A stretch of DNA of 64,000 bases from Syntrophorhabdaceae bacterium (GCA_963666485.2 CAXXUO010000001.1:1312001-1376000); one strand, 5' to 3'; counted from the first letter of the stretch, positions 1 through 10,439 are shown. Translations and numbers: made by a program. Notes: generated by a model from the sequence alone, not told the origin.

Positions 1-1
1 T

Positions 2-874
2 GTGGTGATCGGGCTGACCGTTGTCATTGTGACCCTGTGGAAGATCAGGGAAGAATGGGCCGAAGCAAAGGGTGAACGGTTCGATATCACGGGCTCGGTC
101 CTTTATGCCGGTGCATTTACTGCCGCGATGTACGGATTGACGCTGCTGCCTTCAGCGAACGGCTTCTTTTATCTTGCGGCCGGCGTTGCGGGATTTGTCC
201 TCTTCTGCCTCTGGGAACTCAGGTGCGCCCACCCCGTCCTCGAGATCCGCCTCTTCCTGAACAACAGGGCGTTCCTGTACTCCAACCTCGCGACGCTGAT
301 CAACTACAGTGCGACCTTCGCCGTTACATTCCTGATCAGCCTCTACCTGCAATACGCGAAAGGGTTGAGCCCCCGGGCTGCGGGTCTTATACTGATCTGC
401 CAGCCGTCAATGCAGGCCGTCCTGTCGAGCTATGCAGGCAGGCTCTCGGACCGGGTCGAGCCGCGCATTGTTTCATCGTGCGGCATGGCCCTGCTTACGA
501 TCGCCCTTATCATCTTCGGGTTTATCGGCAGGGATATGCCCCTTTCGCTCATTATCTTCAACCTTCTCTTCCTCGGCTGCGGTTTTGCGCTTTTTGTCTC
601 GCCGAACACAAACGCCGTCATGAGTTCGGTGGACAAGAAGTTTTACGGGGTCGCGTCAGGGACACTGGCGACAATGCGGGTCGTCGGCCAGACCTTCAGC
701 ATGGGCATAGTGATGTTCATCTTTACGGTCTTTATCGGGAAGGTCCAGATCGCTCCCCAGTACTACGAGCAGTTTCTCCGCAGTATCCGGGTCGTGTTCT
801 TTATATTCGCTTTCCTGTCGTTTCTCGGCATATTCGCGTCGCTCGCACGGGGGCGGATCCGCACCGGCTCCTGA
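2..874 (+). CDS. MFS transporter, DHA2/EmrB-QacA-like (5' partial)
   Basis: Many TM helices; motifs AGRLSDRVEPR and ASGTLATMRVVGQ typical of DHA2; runs off the window start. Confidence 0.85.
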   Translation: MVIGLTVVIVTLWKIREEWAEAKGERFDITGSVLYAGAFTAAMYGLTLLPSANGFFYLAAGVAGFVLFCLWELRCAHPVLEIRLFLNNRAFLYSNLATLINYSATFAVTFLISLYLQYAKGLSPRAAGLILICQPSMQAVLSSYAGRLSDRVEPRIVSSCGMALLTIALIIFGFIGRDMPLSLIIFNLLFLGCGFALFVSPNTNAVMSSVDKKFYGVASGTLATMRVVGQTFSMGIVMFIFTVFIGKVQIAPQYYEQFLRSIRVVFFIFAFLSFLGIFASLARGRIRTGS

Positions 875-932
875 GATATCCGCTTAGCATCACCCGATAA
901 GTGCCAACACATTGCCGCGGCCTAAAAACCCC

Positions 933-1180
933 GTCATACCCGCTTTGAGGCTGGGTCACAATTACCCCCCCCGCCGTCATCCCGGCCCCCGAGCCGGGAC
1001 CCAAGGTTTTTCTTTTCGGTTTTTCAAGAATTAAGTAAAAACGACAAACATAAGTAAAAACAGAACCTTGGGTCCCGGGTCAAGCCCGGGATGACGTCGG
1101 CAATGTAACGTCGGCATCTAAAATATACCCTGTTTGGATGCCATTAACGAATTGCGACACAGCCTCAAAGCGGGAATGAC
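933..1180. repeat. Nested inverted-repeat element (MITE/REPIN-like)
   Basis: Outer 31-bp IR 933-963 / 1150-1180 with 3 mismatches; inner REP pair 976-1006 / 1066-1095. Confidence 0.75.
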
Positions 1181-1266
1181 GAAGGGTAGGGGGTATAATT
1201 TTCGTACACTATATGCTAGCGGTCTCTTGGTGCATGACGGCGTGGCACAGAATATACAATTACCAA

Positions 1267-1713
1267 TTACCTCGTGAGCAGCACCGGGCACCGGGCCTTC
1301 TTCAGCACGTTTCTCGCCACGGAACCGACAAAATATTTTGCAAGCCCGCTCTTTCCGAGAGACGCTATAACGATAAGATCGAAGCCCCCGGCCTTCTGTT
1401 GCCGGAGTATCTCTTCATAGGCGATCCCCTTTGCAATATCGCAGCTTACCTCGATATCGGCGGAACCCTGGCACCGGGCGACCTGCGCCCTCATGCTCTG
1501 GAAAGCGCCCTCCAGCTGTTGTTTTTCGAATGCCTCGATCGCCTGCATCGGTATCGAATAGTCCGACAGGGCATACGACAGGTCGAGTGGTATGACGTGG
1601 ATCAGGTGAAGTGCAGCATTGTACTGCCGGGCGATATCAATGCCCTGTTTCAGGGCCTGGTCGGAAGCTTCGGAAAAATCCGTCGGCACGAGGACCTTCG
1701 AAGGCCTCAGCAT
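1267..1713 (-). CDS. Universal stress protein (UspA family)
   Basis: VLVPTDFS...DLIVIAS.G....GSVARNVLKKARCPVLL. Confidence 0.92.
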   Translation of the reverse strand: MLRPSKVLVPTDFSEASDQALKQGIDIARQYNAALHLIHVIPLDLSYALSDYSIPMQAIEAFEKQQLEGAFQSMRAQVARCQGSADIEVSCDIAKGIAYEEILRQQKAGGFDLIVIASLGKSGLAKYFVGSVARNVLKKARCPVLLTR

Positions 1714-1752
1714 GGCTCCCCCCTTTACGGCTATACACCGGTATGGAGCGTC

Positions 1753-2220
1753 TTAGCCCTTGGTAAGCAGAACGGGGCAGGTGGCGCCTTTGAGGACGTT
1801 GCGGGCAACTGAGCCTGTGAAGTATTCTGCGAGGCCGGTGTGGCCGAGTGAGGAGATCACGATGAGATCTATCCCTCTTTCCTTTTGATACTTGAGTATT
1901 TCCGTGACCGGGTCGCCTTTTATGACCCGGGGAAAGACCTTCAGCTGTCTGCCGGCGCCTATCTGGTCTTTGAATTCGATCATCTTGCCTTCCGCGACCC
2001 GGATGCGTGTTGTTTCCAATTCCTTTATGCCTTCCGGTGAGGCCTCTTTTCCTGCGAATTCGTATTCATACATCGTGTGGATCCTCATTTCGACGACATG
2101 AAGTATATGCAGTTCAGCCCCGTATTCCTCGGCGATATCAGCGGCCTGTTTGAGCGCAATATTGGAATAACGGGAAAAATCGGTAGGTACCAGGATCTTG
2201 GTAGGTTTCAGCATGTCCAA
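1753..2220 (-). CDS. Universal stress protein (UspA family), tandem paralog
   Basis: ILVPTDFS...DLIVISS.G...GSVARNVLKGATCPVLL. Confidence 0.92.
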   Translation of the reverse strand: MDMLKPTKILVPTDFSRYSNIALKQAADIAEEYGAELHILHVVEMRIHTMYEYEFAGKEASPEGIKELETTRIRVAEGKMIEFKDQIGAGRQLKVFPRVIKGDPVTEILKYQKERGIDLIVISSLGHTGLAEYFTGSVARNVLKGATCPVLLTKG

Positions 2221-2266
2221 CCTCCTCTAACCGAATTTAGGTTCTCTTGAAATAATTATAGCACAG

Positions 2267-2636
2267 AAAAGATGGTTCAAGGTTTAAGGTTCAAGGTTCA
2301 AAGGAAAGGCAAAAAAGGCGATTCACGATTTAATATTCGTGGGTTAGTGAAGGGAAAGAAAAGATGGTTCCACGTTCCAGGTTCCACAGTTCCACGAAAA
2401 GGCAAAAGGCGATTTGAGGTTCAATGAAGGGGGAAAAAGACGGTTCTAGGGGCGAGCAAAAGGACAACGGCAATACTGTCTCCCTCTTTTTTAGGGGGAT
2501 ATTGCCCAAAGAGCGTCTCCTTTTTCGTGGAACTGTGGAACCTGGAACGTGGAACCATCTTTTAACAGGTCTATGGGGGACATTACCGACCGAGCGACGT
2601 CTTTTACATTGAACCTTGAACCTTGAACCGTCTTTT
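2267..2636. repeat. Nested inverted heptamer-array element (GGTTCAA outer, GTTCCAC inner)
   Basis: Perfect 42-bp IR 2359-2400 / 2522-2563 inside outer arms 2267-2301 / 2609-2636. Confidence 0.8.
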
Positions 2637-4272
2637 AGCACGTCTGCTGCGTGCGGCACGAGAGCACTTGAGAATCACGGCTTGTATCGCGGAAGACGGT
2701 GATGCCTTTGAGGCCCATCTCCCAGGCCTTGAAGTAGATTGACCGTATATCATCCGGGGTTGCTGTTGCGGCGACGTTGACCGTCTTCGAGACGGCGTTG
2801 TCGACGTGGTCCTGAAATGCTTTCTGAATCGCTAAATGCCATCCGGGGCCGACGTCGTATGCCCGCCTGAAGAGTTTTTTCAGGCGGTCCGGGTCCAGGA
2901 TGCCGTCCATTTCCTTGTACAGGTGATCGGTCACATCCACCCGAAGCCCCCCGAAAAGTATCCGGGAATATTCAATGTCGTAGACAGGTTCGATGCCGCT
3001 CGATGTCCCTGCGAGGATGCTCAAGGTGCCGGTCGGGGCTATCGTAGTCGTAGTCGCGTTCCTCAAGGGGACATCTTTCTTCTCCCAGGTGCTTCCCGTG
3101 TAATTCGGGAACACGCCGCGCTCTTCGGCGAGTTCCCGGGAGGCGGCCTTCGATTCACTGTTAATGAAATACATCAGGTCACGCGCGGCGGTGACGGCCT
3201 CATCGGAATCGTACGGGATGCCCCTCTTTATGAGCATATGTGCGAAACCCATCACCCCGAGGCCTATCTTCCGGTTCGCCCGGGACATGTCCCGGATAGC
3301 ATCAATGGGGTATTTCCCGGCGTCGATACTGTCGTCGAGGAAACGCACCGCGTCATGGACGAGGACCTTCAGCCTGTCGTAATCCATCCGCCCCATCCGT
3401 ACGATCTTCGAGACATCTATGGAACCGAGGCAGCAGGATTCGTAGGGAAGAAGCGGCTGTTCGCCGCACGGGTTCGTGGACTCGATACGGCCGAGCTGCG
3501 GGGTCGGGTTGGACCTGTTGATCGTATCGATAAAGATAAGGCCCGGCTCGCCCGAACCCCAGGCGGACCGCGCGATAAGATCGAGAAGGTCGAGGGCCCG
3601 CACCGACCGTACGGTCCCGTTGTCCCGCGGGTTGACGAGTGCAAAAGGCCGGTCGTCCCGGCAGCATCGGAAAAATTCGTCGGTAGCTGCAACGGACAGG
3701 TTGAAGTTGGCCAGTTCACACGGGTCGTTCTTGATGGTTATAAACTCTTCTATGTCGGGATGGTCGATCCGCAGGATACCCATGTTTGCACCCCTGCGCG
3801 TGCCGCCCTGCTTGATGACCTCCGTCGCCATGTTGAACACCCGGATGAAGGATACCGGGCCGCTTGCCGCTCCCATTGTCGATCGGACGACATCGCCTTT
3901 CGGCCGCAGGCGGGAGAAGGAGAAACCCGTTCCGCCTCCGCTCTGGTGGATCTTTGCCGTCTCTTTGACCGATTCGAAAATGGAATCCAGCGAATCTTCC
4001 ACCGGGAGGACAAAACACGCCGCCAGCTGCCCCAGGTCGCGGCCGGCGTTCATCAGGGCAGGCGAATTCGGCAGAAATTCGAGGCTGTTCATCATCTCGA
4101 AATAAATGTCGGATATCCTGCGGTGCGATTCTCCATCGCGGGACCCGCTCGCCGAGGCAACGTGATCGGCCACGCGGCGGAACATATCTTCCACGGTCTC
4201 TAAGGGCATCCCTGCCTCGTCCCGGGCGAGATATCTTTTTTGAAGGACTGTAAGGGCAATATCGTCGATCAT
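2635..4272 (-). CDS. nrdJ: Class II adenosylcobalamin-dependent ribonucleotide reductase (compact, no ATP cone)
   Basis: FLPNSPALMN, LAACFV, GGTRRGANM, TNPCGEQPL, TIAPTGTLS, LKGITVFRD motifs; no nrdB nearby. Confidence 0.88.
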   Translation of the reverse strand: MIDDIALTVLQKRYLARDEAGMPLETVEDMFRRVADHVASASGSRDGESHRRISDIYFEMMNSLEFLPNSPALMNAGRDLGQLAACFVLPVEDSLDSIFESVKETAKIHQSGGGTGFSFSRLRPKGDVVRSTMGAASGPVSFIRVFNMATEVIKQGGTRRGANMGILRIDHPDIEEFITIKNDPCELANFNLSVAATDEFFRCCRDDRPFALVNPRDNGTVRSVRALDLLDLIARSAWGSGEPGLIFIDTINRSNPTPQLGRIESTNPCGEQPLLPYESCCLGSIDVSKIVRMGRMDYDRLKVLVHDAVRFLDDSIDAGKYPIDAIRDMSRANRKIGLGVMGFAHMLIKRGIPYDSDEAVTAARDLMYFINSESKAASRELAEERGVFPNYTGSTWEKKDVPLRNATTTTIAPTGTLSILAGTSSGIEPVYDIEYSRILFGGLRVDVTDHLYKEMDGILDPDRLKKLFRRAYDVGPGWHLAIQKAFQDHVDNAVSKTVNVAATATPDDIRSIYFKAWEMGLKGITVFRDTSRDSQVLSCRTQQTC

Positions 4273-4412
4273 GCTGATGTCCTCGTTACATAGTACGAAG
4301 CGCCGCCGGGGGTGTCAAGCGCCGCGCCACTGTACGCGCCACTTATGGTTTTGCCAAAAATATCCTGCTGTGCTATTCTTTGCAGATCAAATAAAACTTA
4401 ACGGGGGCAGCC

Positions 4413-5618
4413 ATGAAAACTATTTCCCTGATCGCGGCAGTGGTATGTTTGGTCCTGTGCATTGTATTGCCGTCCTTCGGCGCGGAACCGATCAAGGTCG
4501 GCATCGTCGACACGTATACCGGGCCGGCGCTGACATATTCGCAGGACGTGCTGGACGGGTTCAAACTTGCCGTCGATGAGGTCAATGCGAAAGGCGGTGT
4601 GCTGGGGAGAAAGATCGAATTCGTTGTCCGGGACGATAAGTTCAAACCGGACATTGCGCTCACGATGGCAAAGGACCTTGTGTTGAAGGAGCACGTGGAC
4701 CTTATTATCGGCACGACGAACAGCGCGGCCGCCCTTGCCATATCGGACTTTGCCAAAAAGGAGAAGATCCCCTTCATCGTTACGGATGCGAAGAGCGAGA
4801 AGATAACCGGGGAAAAGGGACATCGGTACGTTTTCAACATGAATGAGAACACGGCCATGATCGGCAAGGCGACAGCGATCGTACTGGCGAAGAAGCCGTA
4901 CAAGAGGTATTTCATAGCCGGGGAAGACTACGAGTTTGGCCACGCATGCGCTGATGCGGTATGGAAGAACCTGAAGGCCCTGAAACCGGATGTGCAGCTC
5001 ATCGGCCAGTCATGGAGAAAGGTGGGTGAGGCGGACGTTGTACCCTATCTCACGGCGGTGCTCCAGGAGAAGCCGGATTTCGTCATCCATGCTTCGGGCG
5101 GAAGCGGTGTCGTGAACCTGCTCAAGACCATAAAAGCCATGGGCTTCAACACGAAGGTCCCGTCATACCAGCATAACGCCACGGAGCTTGCAGCGCTTGC
5201 ACCGCTCGGGATGGAGGCGCCCGAAGGGATAATGGGAACGAGCAATTACCATTACTATTTCCCGTCGACCCCCGAGAACAAGGCGTTCGTTGCCAAATTC
5301 CAGAAGGCATACAAGCGGTACCCGAGATCGACCGCCCTGTACGGCTATATTACCGGCCAGTTCATCGCGAAGGCGTACGAGAAGGCAAAGTCGGCAAACC
5401 GCGAAAAATTTATCGATGCGATGAGCGGTTTGTCCATCAATTCGCCTGTCGGCAAGATCGACGTGCGTTCATGCGATCACCAGGCGACTTTGCCCATGTT
5501 CTTCGGTGTGACGAAGAAGGTTGCCGGATATGATTTCCTCATCGCTTCCGATATCGTCACCATTCCCGGAAAGGACTATCTGCCGACATGCGACGAAGTG
5601 CTGAAATCGAGGAAATGA
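4413..5618 (+). CDS. ABC transporter substrate-binding protein, branched-chain amino acid (LivJ-like) family
   Basis: Signal peptide; EPIKVGIV..TGP, AVDEVNAKGGVLGRKIE..RDD. Confidence 0.88.
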   Translation: MKTISLIAAVVCLVLCIVLPSFGAEPIKVGIVDTYTGPALTYSQDVLDGFKLAVDEVNAKGGVLGRKIEFVVRDDKFKPDIALTMAKDLVLKEHVDLIIGTTNSAAALAISDFAKKEKIPFIVTDAKSEKITGEKGHRYVFNMNENTAMIGKATAIVLAKKPYKRYFIAGEDYEFGHACADAVWKNLKALKPDVQLIGQSWRKVGEADVVPYLTAVLQEKPDFVIHASGGSGVVNLLKTIKAMGFNTKVPSYQHNATELAALAPLGMEAPEGIMGTSNYHYYFPSTPENKAFVAKFQKAYKRYPRSTALYGYITGQFIAKAYEKAKSANREKFIDAMSGLSINSPVGKIDVRSCDHQATLPMFFGVTKKVAGYDFLIASDIVTIPGKDYLPTCDEVLKSRK

Positions 5619-6932
5619 TCAAATATCTTTGATCTTTATGTTCGCTGCGGACCTGTCCATGTTTTGAAACAGGTTTTGCAGCGAGAGAGCTGTCGGGTCA
5701 TTGTGATCCATGGGAAGGCCGCCTACCTGGGCGGTCTTTTCATATGCATCGATGACGTCCTTGATCGTCGTGCCGCTTATCGGCCGGGCAGGCTGATACG
5801 TTGACATCCGGCGCGGACCCCGTGTTATCTCCGACACAAGGTCAACATCCACGAGGTTGAGAAGGATGTGCCTGACAAAGCGCTCGGGAATGGCGAGCTC
5901 CTTCGAGATCTGCCCCGATGTCAGGGGGTGTTGTCCGTTTTCGAACCTCATTGCCAGGAGATGGAATATGCGCAGCATGATAAGCCGCCTGCCGGATACG
6001 CCGATCCGTGAAAAATCCGGGTGAAACCCGTATGTTTCGTAATTCTCCACCGCGTTGGCCGTCTCGGCACCAAAAAGGACGATGAGCCAGCTTGTCTGGA
6101 GGTATGCGAGGAAGAGCGGGATAGCCGCGAAGCTTCCGTAGATCGCGCTCTGGGTCGTGACCCCGATCTGAAACTTTATATATGCCCATTGCACGAGCTG
6201 GATGAGGACACCCGACACGATGGCAGCTATGAGCGCAGAACGGAACGAGATCCGTGTGTTCGGCATCACGAGGAACAGGAGCACGAGCAGCATGCATATC
6301 GAGACGTAGGGAAGGAGCCTCAAGAGAAACAGTATGGGGCCTCCCAAAAACGCGATATCATGTATGAAGCCCGTGACCTCACCGGCTATGAGCACGTTGA
6401 CGCTGCTCCACAGGGCGAACAATATAGGGGCCAGCACGATCATGGACAGGTAGTCGGTAAATTTCCGGATGATCGTCCGGGACTGACGCGCCTCCCATAT
6501 CGTGTTGAAGCTTTCCTCGATCCGGCTCAATATCGAGATCACCGTCCAGAAAAGAATGACGGCCCCGAACCCGACGATAACCTCACCTTTGGCATTTGCA
6601 AGCATCGAACGCGAAAAATCGATGATCCTCGCGGTGATGTCTCCTTGCCAGTTGAGGTCCCTGCCCACCTGCATGATCTGGCGGACAATGAGCTTTTCGA
6701 GACCGAAGCCCTTGGTGATAGCAAAGAGGACCGCAAAGAGGGGGACTATGTTCAGGAGCGAATAATAGGTAAGAACGGACGCGCTGCGCTGGCAATCGTC
6801 CTTTTCAAACCTGACGGAGGCCATGATGACGATTCGCAATACGCGCAGGGCCCACGCCTTGAAGGAGGGGTACTTTTGGAGGTCGGCCTTCCAGATGCCG
6901 TTCTGCAGAAAATCCATTATCCGCGATATCAT
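5619..6932 (-). CDS. YihY/BrkB family inner membrane protein with C-terminal winged-helix-like domain
   Basis: ASVLTYYSLLNIVP, IYGSFAAIPLFL.YLQ.SW.IVLFGAE; start uncertain (6932 or 6959). Confidence 0.85.
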   Translation of the reverse strand: MISRIMDFLQNGIWKADLQKYPSFKAWALRVLRIVIMASVRFEKDDCQRSASVLTYYSLLNIVPLFAVLFAITKGFGLEKLIVRQIMQVGRDLNWQGDITARIIDFSRSMLANAKGEVIVGFGAVILFWTVISILSRIEESFNTIWEARQSRTIIRKFTDYLSMIVLAPILFALWSSVNVLIAGEVTGFIHDIAFLGGPILFLLRLLPYVSICMLLVLLFLVMPNTRISFRSALIAAIVSGVLIQLVQWAYIKFQIGVTTQSAIYGSFAAIPLFLAYLQTSWLIVLFGAETANAVENYETYGFHPDFSRIGVSGRRLIMLRIFHLLAMRFENGQHPLTSGQISKELAIPERFVRHILLNLVDVDLVSEITRGPRRMSTYQPARPISGTTIKDVIDAYEKTAQVGGLPMDHNDPTALSLQNLFQNMDRSAANIKIKDI

Positions 6933-7253
6933 GATCGAGCCTATTACAAAATGTTCCACATACCGGGGTTCCAGTCAAGAACGATCCGGTGCTTCCCCGG
7001 GATCACCTTGCCCTGCCCGGTGCACGCGCAAAGCCGAATGGTTTGTCCAGCCTGCTGATGGGTTACTATATCGGAATATCATTCCCAATTGAAGCATATT
7101 GGTTTTTTTATTCAAAATCAATGGGTTAGCCTGTTGCCCGGCAAAAAAATCTTGTTTTTCTTTTGGTAAAACAGGTCATAAAGGTATACAATAAAAATCA
7201 AAATCGGTCCTGACCATCGAATTTTTTACTTTTATTGGGGGGTATTTTTTTCT

Positions 7254-9953
7254 ATGGAAACCATAAAGATCACGATTGACGGCAAAGAGGTGACAGGCGA
7301 ACGCGGCCAGACGATAATGGAAGTGGCCAATGCCAACGGCATCGATATCCCGCATCTTTGCTACCATCCGAAGCTCAGCAAGACCGGCGCCTGCCGGCTA
7401 TGCCTCGTGCGGATCGACGGGAAGATGCTCAAGACGTCCTGTACCGAATTTGCCCTGGATGGGATGAGCGTCGTTACCGAGGACGAGGCGCTCGTCAATA
7501 TCCGGAAATGGCTCCTCGGCCTTCTGCTCCTGGAAGGGGATCACAACTGCCTCTACTGCGATGCCGACGGCGATTGCGAGCTTCAGACCTATGTGAAAAT
7601 GTACAATGTCGAACGGCCTGATGAGGATTTTCCCCGGAACCCGCGGGAGGTCGACTATGTCACGAGCAATGCCATAAAAAGGAACGAGAACCGCTGCATA
7701 CTCTGTGGCAGGTGCATCAGGGCATGCAAGGAAGTCCAGGTACAGAATGTCTGGGGCTTCACCGAACGCGGCAGCCAGACCCATCTTATCGCCGACGATG
7801 ACAAGAGGATCGGGGAATCGAGCTGTGTCAAGTGCGGCGCCTGCGTCCAGCTGTGCCCCACCGGGGCGCTTACGTTCCAGCCGGTCCTCGGCAAGGGCCT
7901 TAACTGGGAACTGAAGAAGGAATCGAGTATCTGCATTTACTGCGGGGTCGGGTGCAAGATAGATTTTTTCACGAACAAGGAAGGCCTCCTCGTAAAGACT
8001 ATAGGAAGCGAAGACGGCCCGAACGTGGGGCACCTGTGCATAAAGGGGCGTTTCGGGTTCGATTTTGTACAGAAGCAGAACCGGCTGAAAGCCCCGCTGA
8101 TGAAAAAGGATGGTCAGTTTGTCGAGGTCAGCTGGGATGAGGCACTCGATTTCGTGGCCGACAAGTTAAAGGCGGTCAAAAAACAGAACGGCCCGGACGC
8201 GATAGCCGCCCTCTCATCGGCGAAATGCACGAACGAAGAGAACTACCTGATGCAGAAGTTCATGCGGGGGGTCATCGGCACCAACAACGTGGACCATTGC
8301 GCGCGTCTCTGACACAGCTCGACCGTCGCCGGTCTGGCGACAGTTTTCGGTTCGGGCGCAATGACAAACTCGATCCGCGAGGTCCCGCTGTCGGAAGGTT
8401 TCCTGGTTATCGGCTCGAACACGACCGAGAACCATCCCGTTATTGGCTCAATGATAAAGAACGAAGTCCAGAATAAGAAGAAGAAACTCGTCGTGGTCGA
8501 CCCGCGCAGGATCGAGCTCGCGAAATTTGCCGATTACTACTTCCCCATCAGGCCGGGAACGAACATTGCTATCCTCAACGGTTTCATGCACGTCATCGTC
8601 AAGGAAGGCCTGTACGACAAGACGTTCGTCGACACCAGGACGGAGGGTTTCGAGGAACTCAAGAAGGCCCTCGAGAAATACACGCCGCAGTATGTCGCTG
8701 AAATATGCGGGCTTGCCAATCCGGATGATATCGTCGCCGCGGCACGCCTGATGGCATCGCTCAAGCCCCTCGCCCTCTATTATTCGATGGGCATAACGCA
8801 GTTCGTTTCAGGTGTGAACGGGGTTAAATCAACAGCGAACTTCCAGATGCTCCTTGGCAACATGGGGGTTCCCGGCGGCGGGGTCAACCCGCTTCGCGGC
8901 CAGAACAACGTCCAGGGCGCGTGCGATATGGGCGCCCTGCCGGCGACGTATCCCGCGTATCAGCCCGTTGCGAGCGAGGAGAACAAGGCGAAATTCGAAG
9001 GGTTCTGGGGTGCGACGGACATGTCGGTCAAGCCGGGCCTTACCCTTGTCGAGATGATGAACGCGGCGCATGCCGGCGACGTAAAGGCTATGTACATCAT
9101 GGGTGAGAATCCCGTGATGTCGGACCCCAATCAGCAGCATGTCATCGAGGCCCTTGAGCACCTGGAGCTGCTCGTTGTTCAGGATATCTTCCTCACAGAG
9201 ACCGCGCAGTACGCCGATGTCGTTTTTCCTGCGTGCGCGTTCCTCGAAAAAGAGGGCACAGTTTCGAATACCGAACGCCGGGTCCAGCCCATGCACAGGG
9301 TGCTCGAGCCCGCCCCGCTCGTGCGGGACGACTGGTGGATCACGATGCAGATCGCCAACCGGATGGGCGCAAAATGGGAATATGAAGAAGCGAAGGACAT
9401 ATTCGCCGAGATTAGGAAGGTAACGCCATCCTACGCAGGCATCACCTATGCCCGGATCGAAAAGGAGCTTATCCAGTGGCCGTGCCCGACAACGGAGCAC
9501 CCGGGGACCCAGCTTCTCCACCGGGACGTCTTCTCACGCGGCAAAGGCTTATTTACCGCGGTAGAATATACGGCACCTTTTGAAGAGACCGACCGGGAAT
9601 ACCCGCTTGCCATGACGACGGGACGGGTCCTTCCGCAGTTCCATACCGGTACGATGTCGCGGAACTCGAAGGTCCTCGAGGAAACAGCCCCGGAAGGGTT
9701 TGTCGAGGTCAACCCGAACGATGCGAGCGATCTCAACATTGCGGACGGTGAGTTGGTCTCTGTGTCGACACGGCGCGGCAGTATCAGGATAAAGGCCAAA
9801 GTGGTCAGCCGGTCGAAACCCGGCGTCGTCTTTATCCCCTTCCATTTTTACGAATCCTGCGCGAACAGACTGACGGTGGATTGCCTCGATCCTGTTTGCA
9901 AGATACCGGAATATAAGGTATGTGCCTGCAGGGTGGAGAAGATCGTGGCGTAA
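7254..9953 (+). CDS. fdhA: Selenocysteine formate dehydrogenase alpha subunit (Mo/W-bisPGD) with N-terminal NuoG-like Fe-S domains, 899 aa
   Basis: ORFs 7254-8312 and 8361-9953 are in frame; DHCARL-UGA-HSSTVAGL at the metal-ligand position; PLRGQNNVQG; SECIS follows. Confidence 0.93.
8313..8347 (+). promoter_or_regulatory. Bacterial SECIS element
   Basis: Stem GTCGCC/GGCGAC (8325-8341) around GGTCT, same register after UGA as E. coli fdhF SECIS. Confidence 0.85.
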
Positions 9954-9973
9954 CCCGATAGAAAGACTATGAG

Positions 9974-10007
9974 AAGCCCGGGATGGTGAGGTCCCGGGCT
10001 TTTTTTT
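9974..10007 (+). terminator. Rho-independent terminator
   Basis: AGCCCGGGA..TCCCGGGCT hairpin plus T8 after fdh stop. Confidence 0.8.
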
Positions 10008-10010
10008 ATG

Positions 10011-10439
10011 CTACGACAATATTTCGATCAGTTCGAGGTCGAAAACGAGCTCTTTCCCCGCGAGGGGATGGTTGAGGTCGAGCGTAACGAAGGACTCCGT
10101 TACGTCCAGAACGAGGGCCCGGGTGGAAGGCCCCCGGGATGACTGTACGTCGAGCTTCGTTCCCGGACGCAGATTGATATTTTCAGGGATGCGCGACCGC
10201 GCGATGACGGCGCAGAGATCTTCACGGTGCAGCCCGTATGCATCTTCCGGTTGAATAGTGACGGTTTTCTTATCGCCGGCCTGCATGCCGACGACGCTTT
10301 TTTCGAAGCCCGGGATGACCGCGCCCCTGCCGATGATAAAGATGAAAGGTTCTTTCCCGATTGACGAATCGAAAATGGTCCCGTCACGCAAGGACCCTTT
10401 GTAATGGACCTTTACCCTGTCATTGGCCTTAGCCCGCAT
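10011..10439 (-). CDS. FKBP-type peptidyl-prolyl isomerase (SlyD/SlpA-like)
   Basis: VKVHYKG.L.DG.IFDSS, VIPGFE, LDLNHPLAGKEL.F. Confidence 0.92.
   Translation of the reverse strand: MRAKANDRVKVHYKGSLRDGTIFDSSIGKEPFIFIIGRGAVIPGFEKSVVGMQAGDKKTVTIQPEDAYGLHREDLCAVIARSRIPENINLRPGTKLDVQSSRGPSTRALVLDVTESFVTLDLNHPLAGKELVFDLELIEILS

Noticed and set aside
2330..2659. ORFs 2330-2659 and 2424-2612
   Set aside because: Translations of heptamer repeats; no coding signal.
4273..4412. Cobalamin riboswitch or NrdR box upstream of nrdJ
   Set aside because: Only 140 bp shared by divergent genes and no recognisable motif.
7116..7128. IHF consensus AATCAATGGGTTA upstream of fdh
   Set aside because: Matches consensus, but it is a short motif in AT-rich DNA with no sigma54 promoter nearby to support it.
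8310..8312. Premature stop or pseudogene in fdh
   Set aside because: In-frame UGA at the Sec position with a SECIS hairpin; recoding is the better explanation.
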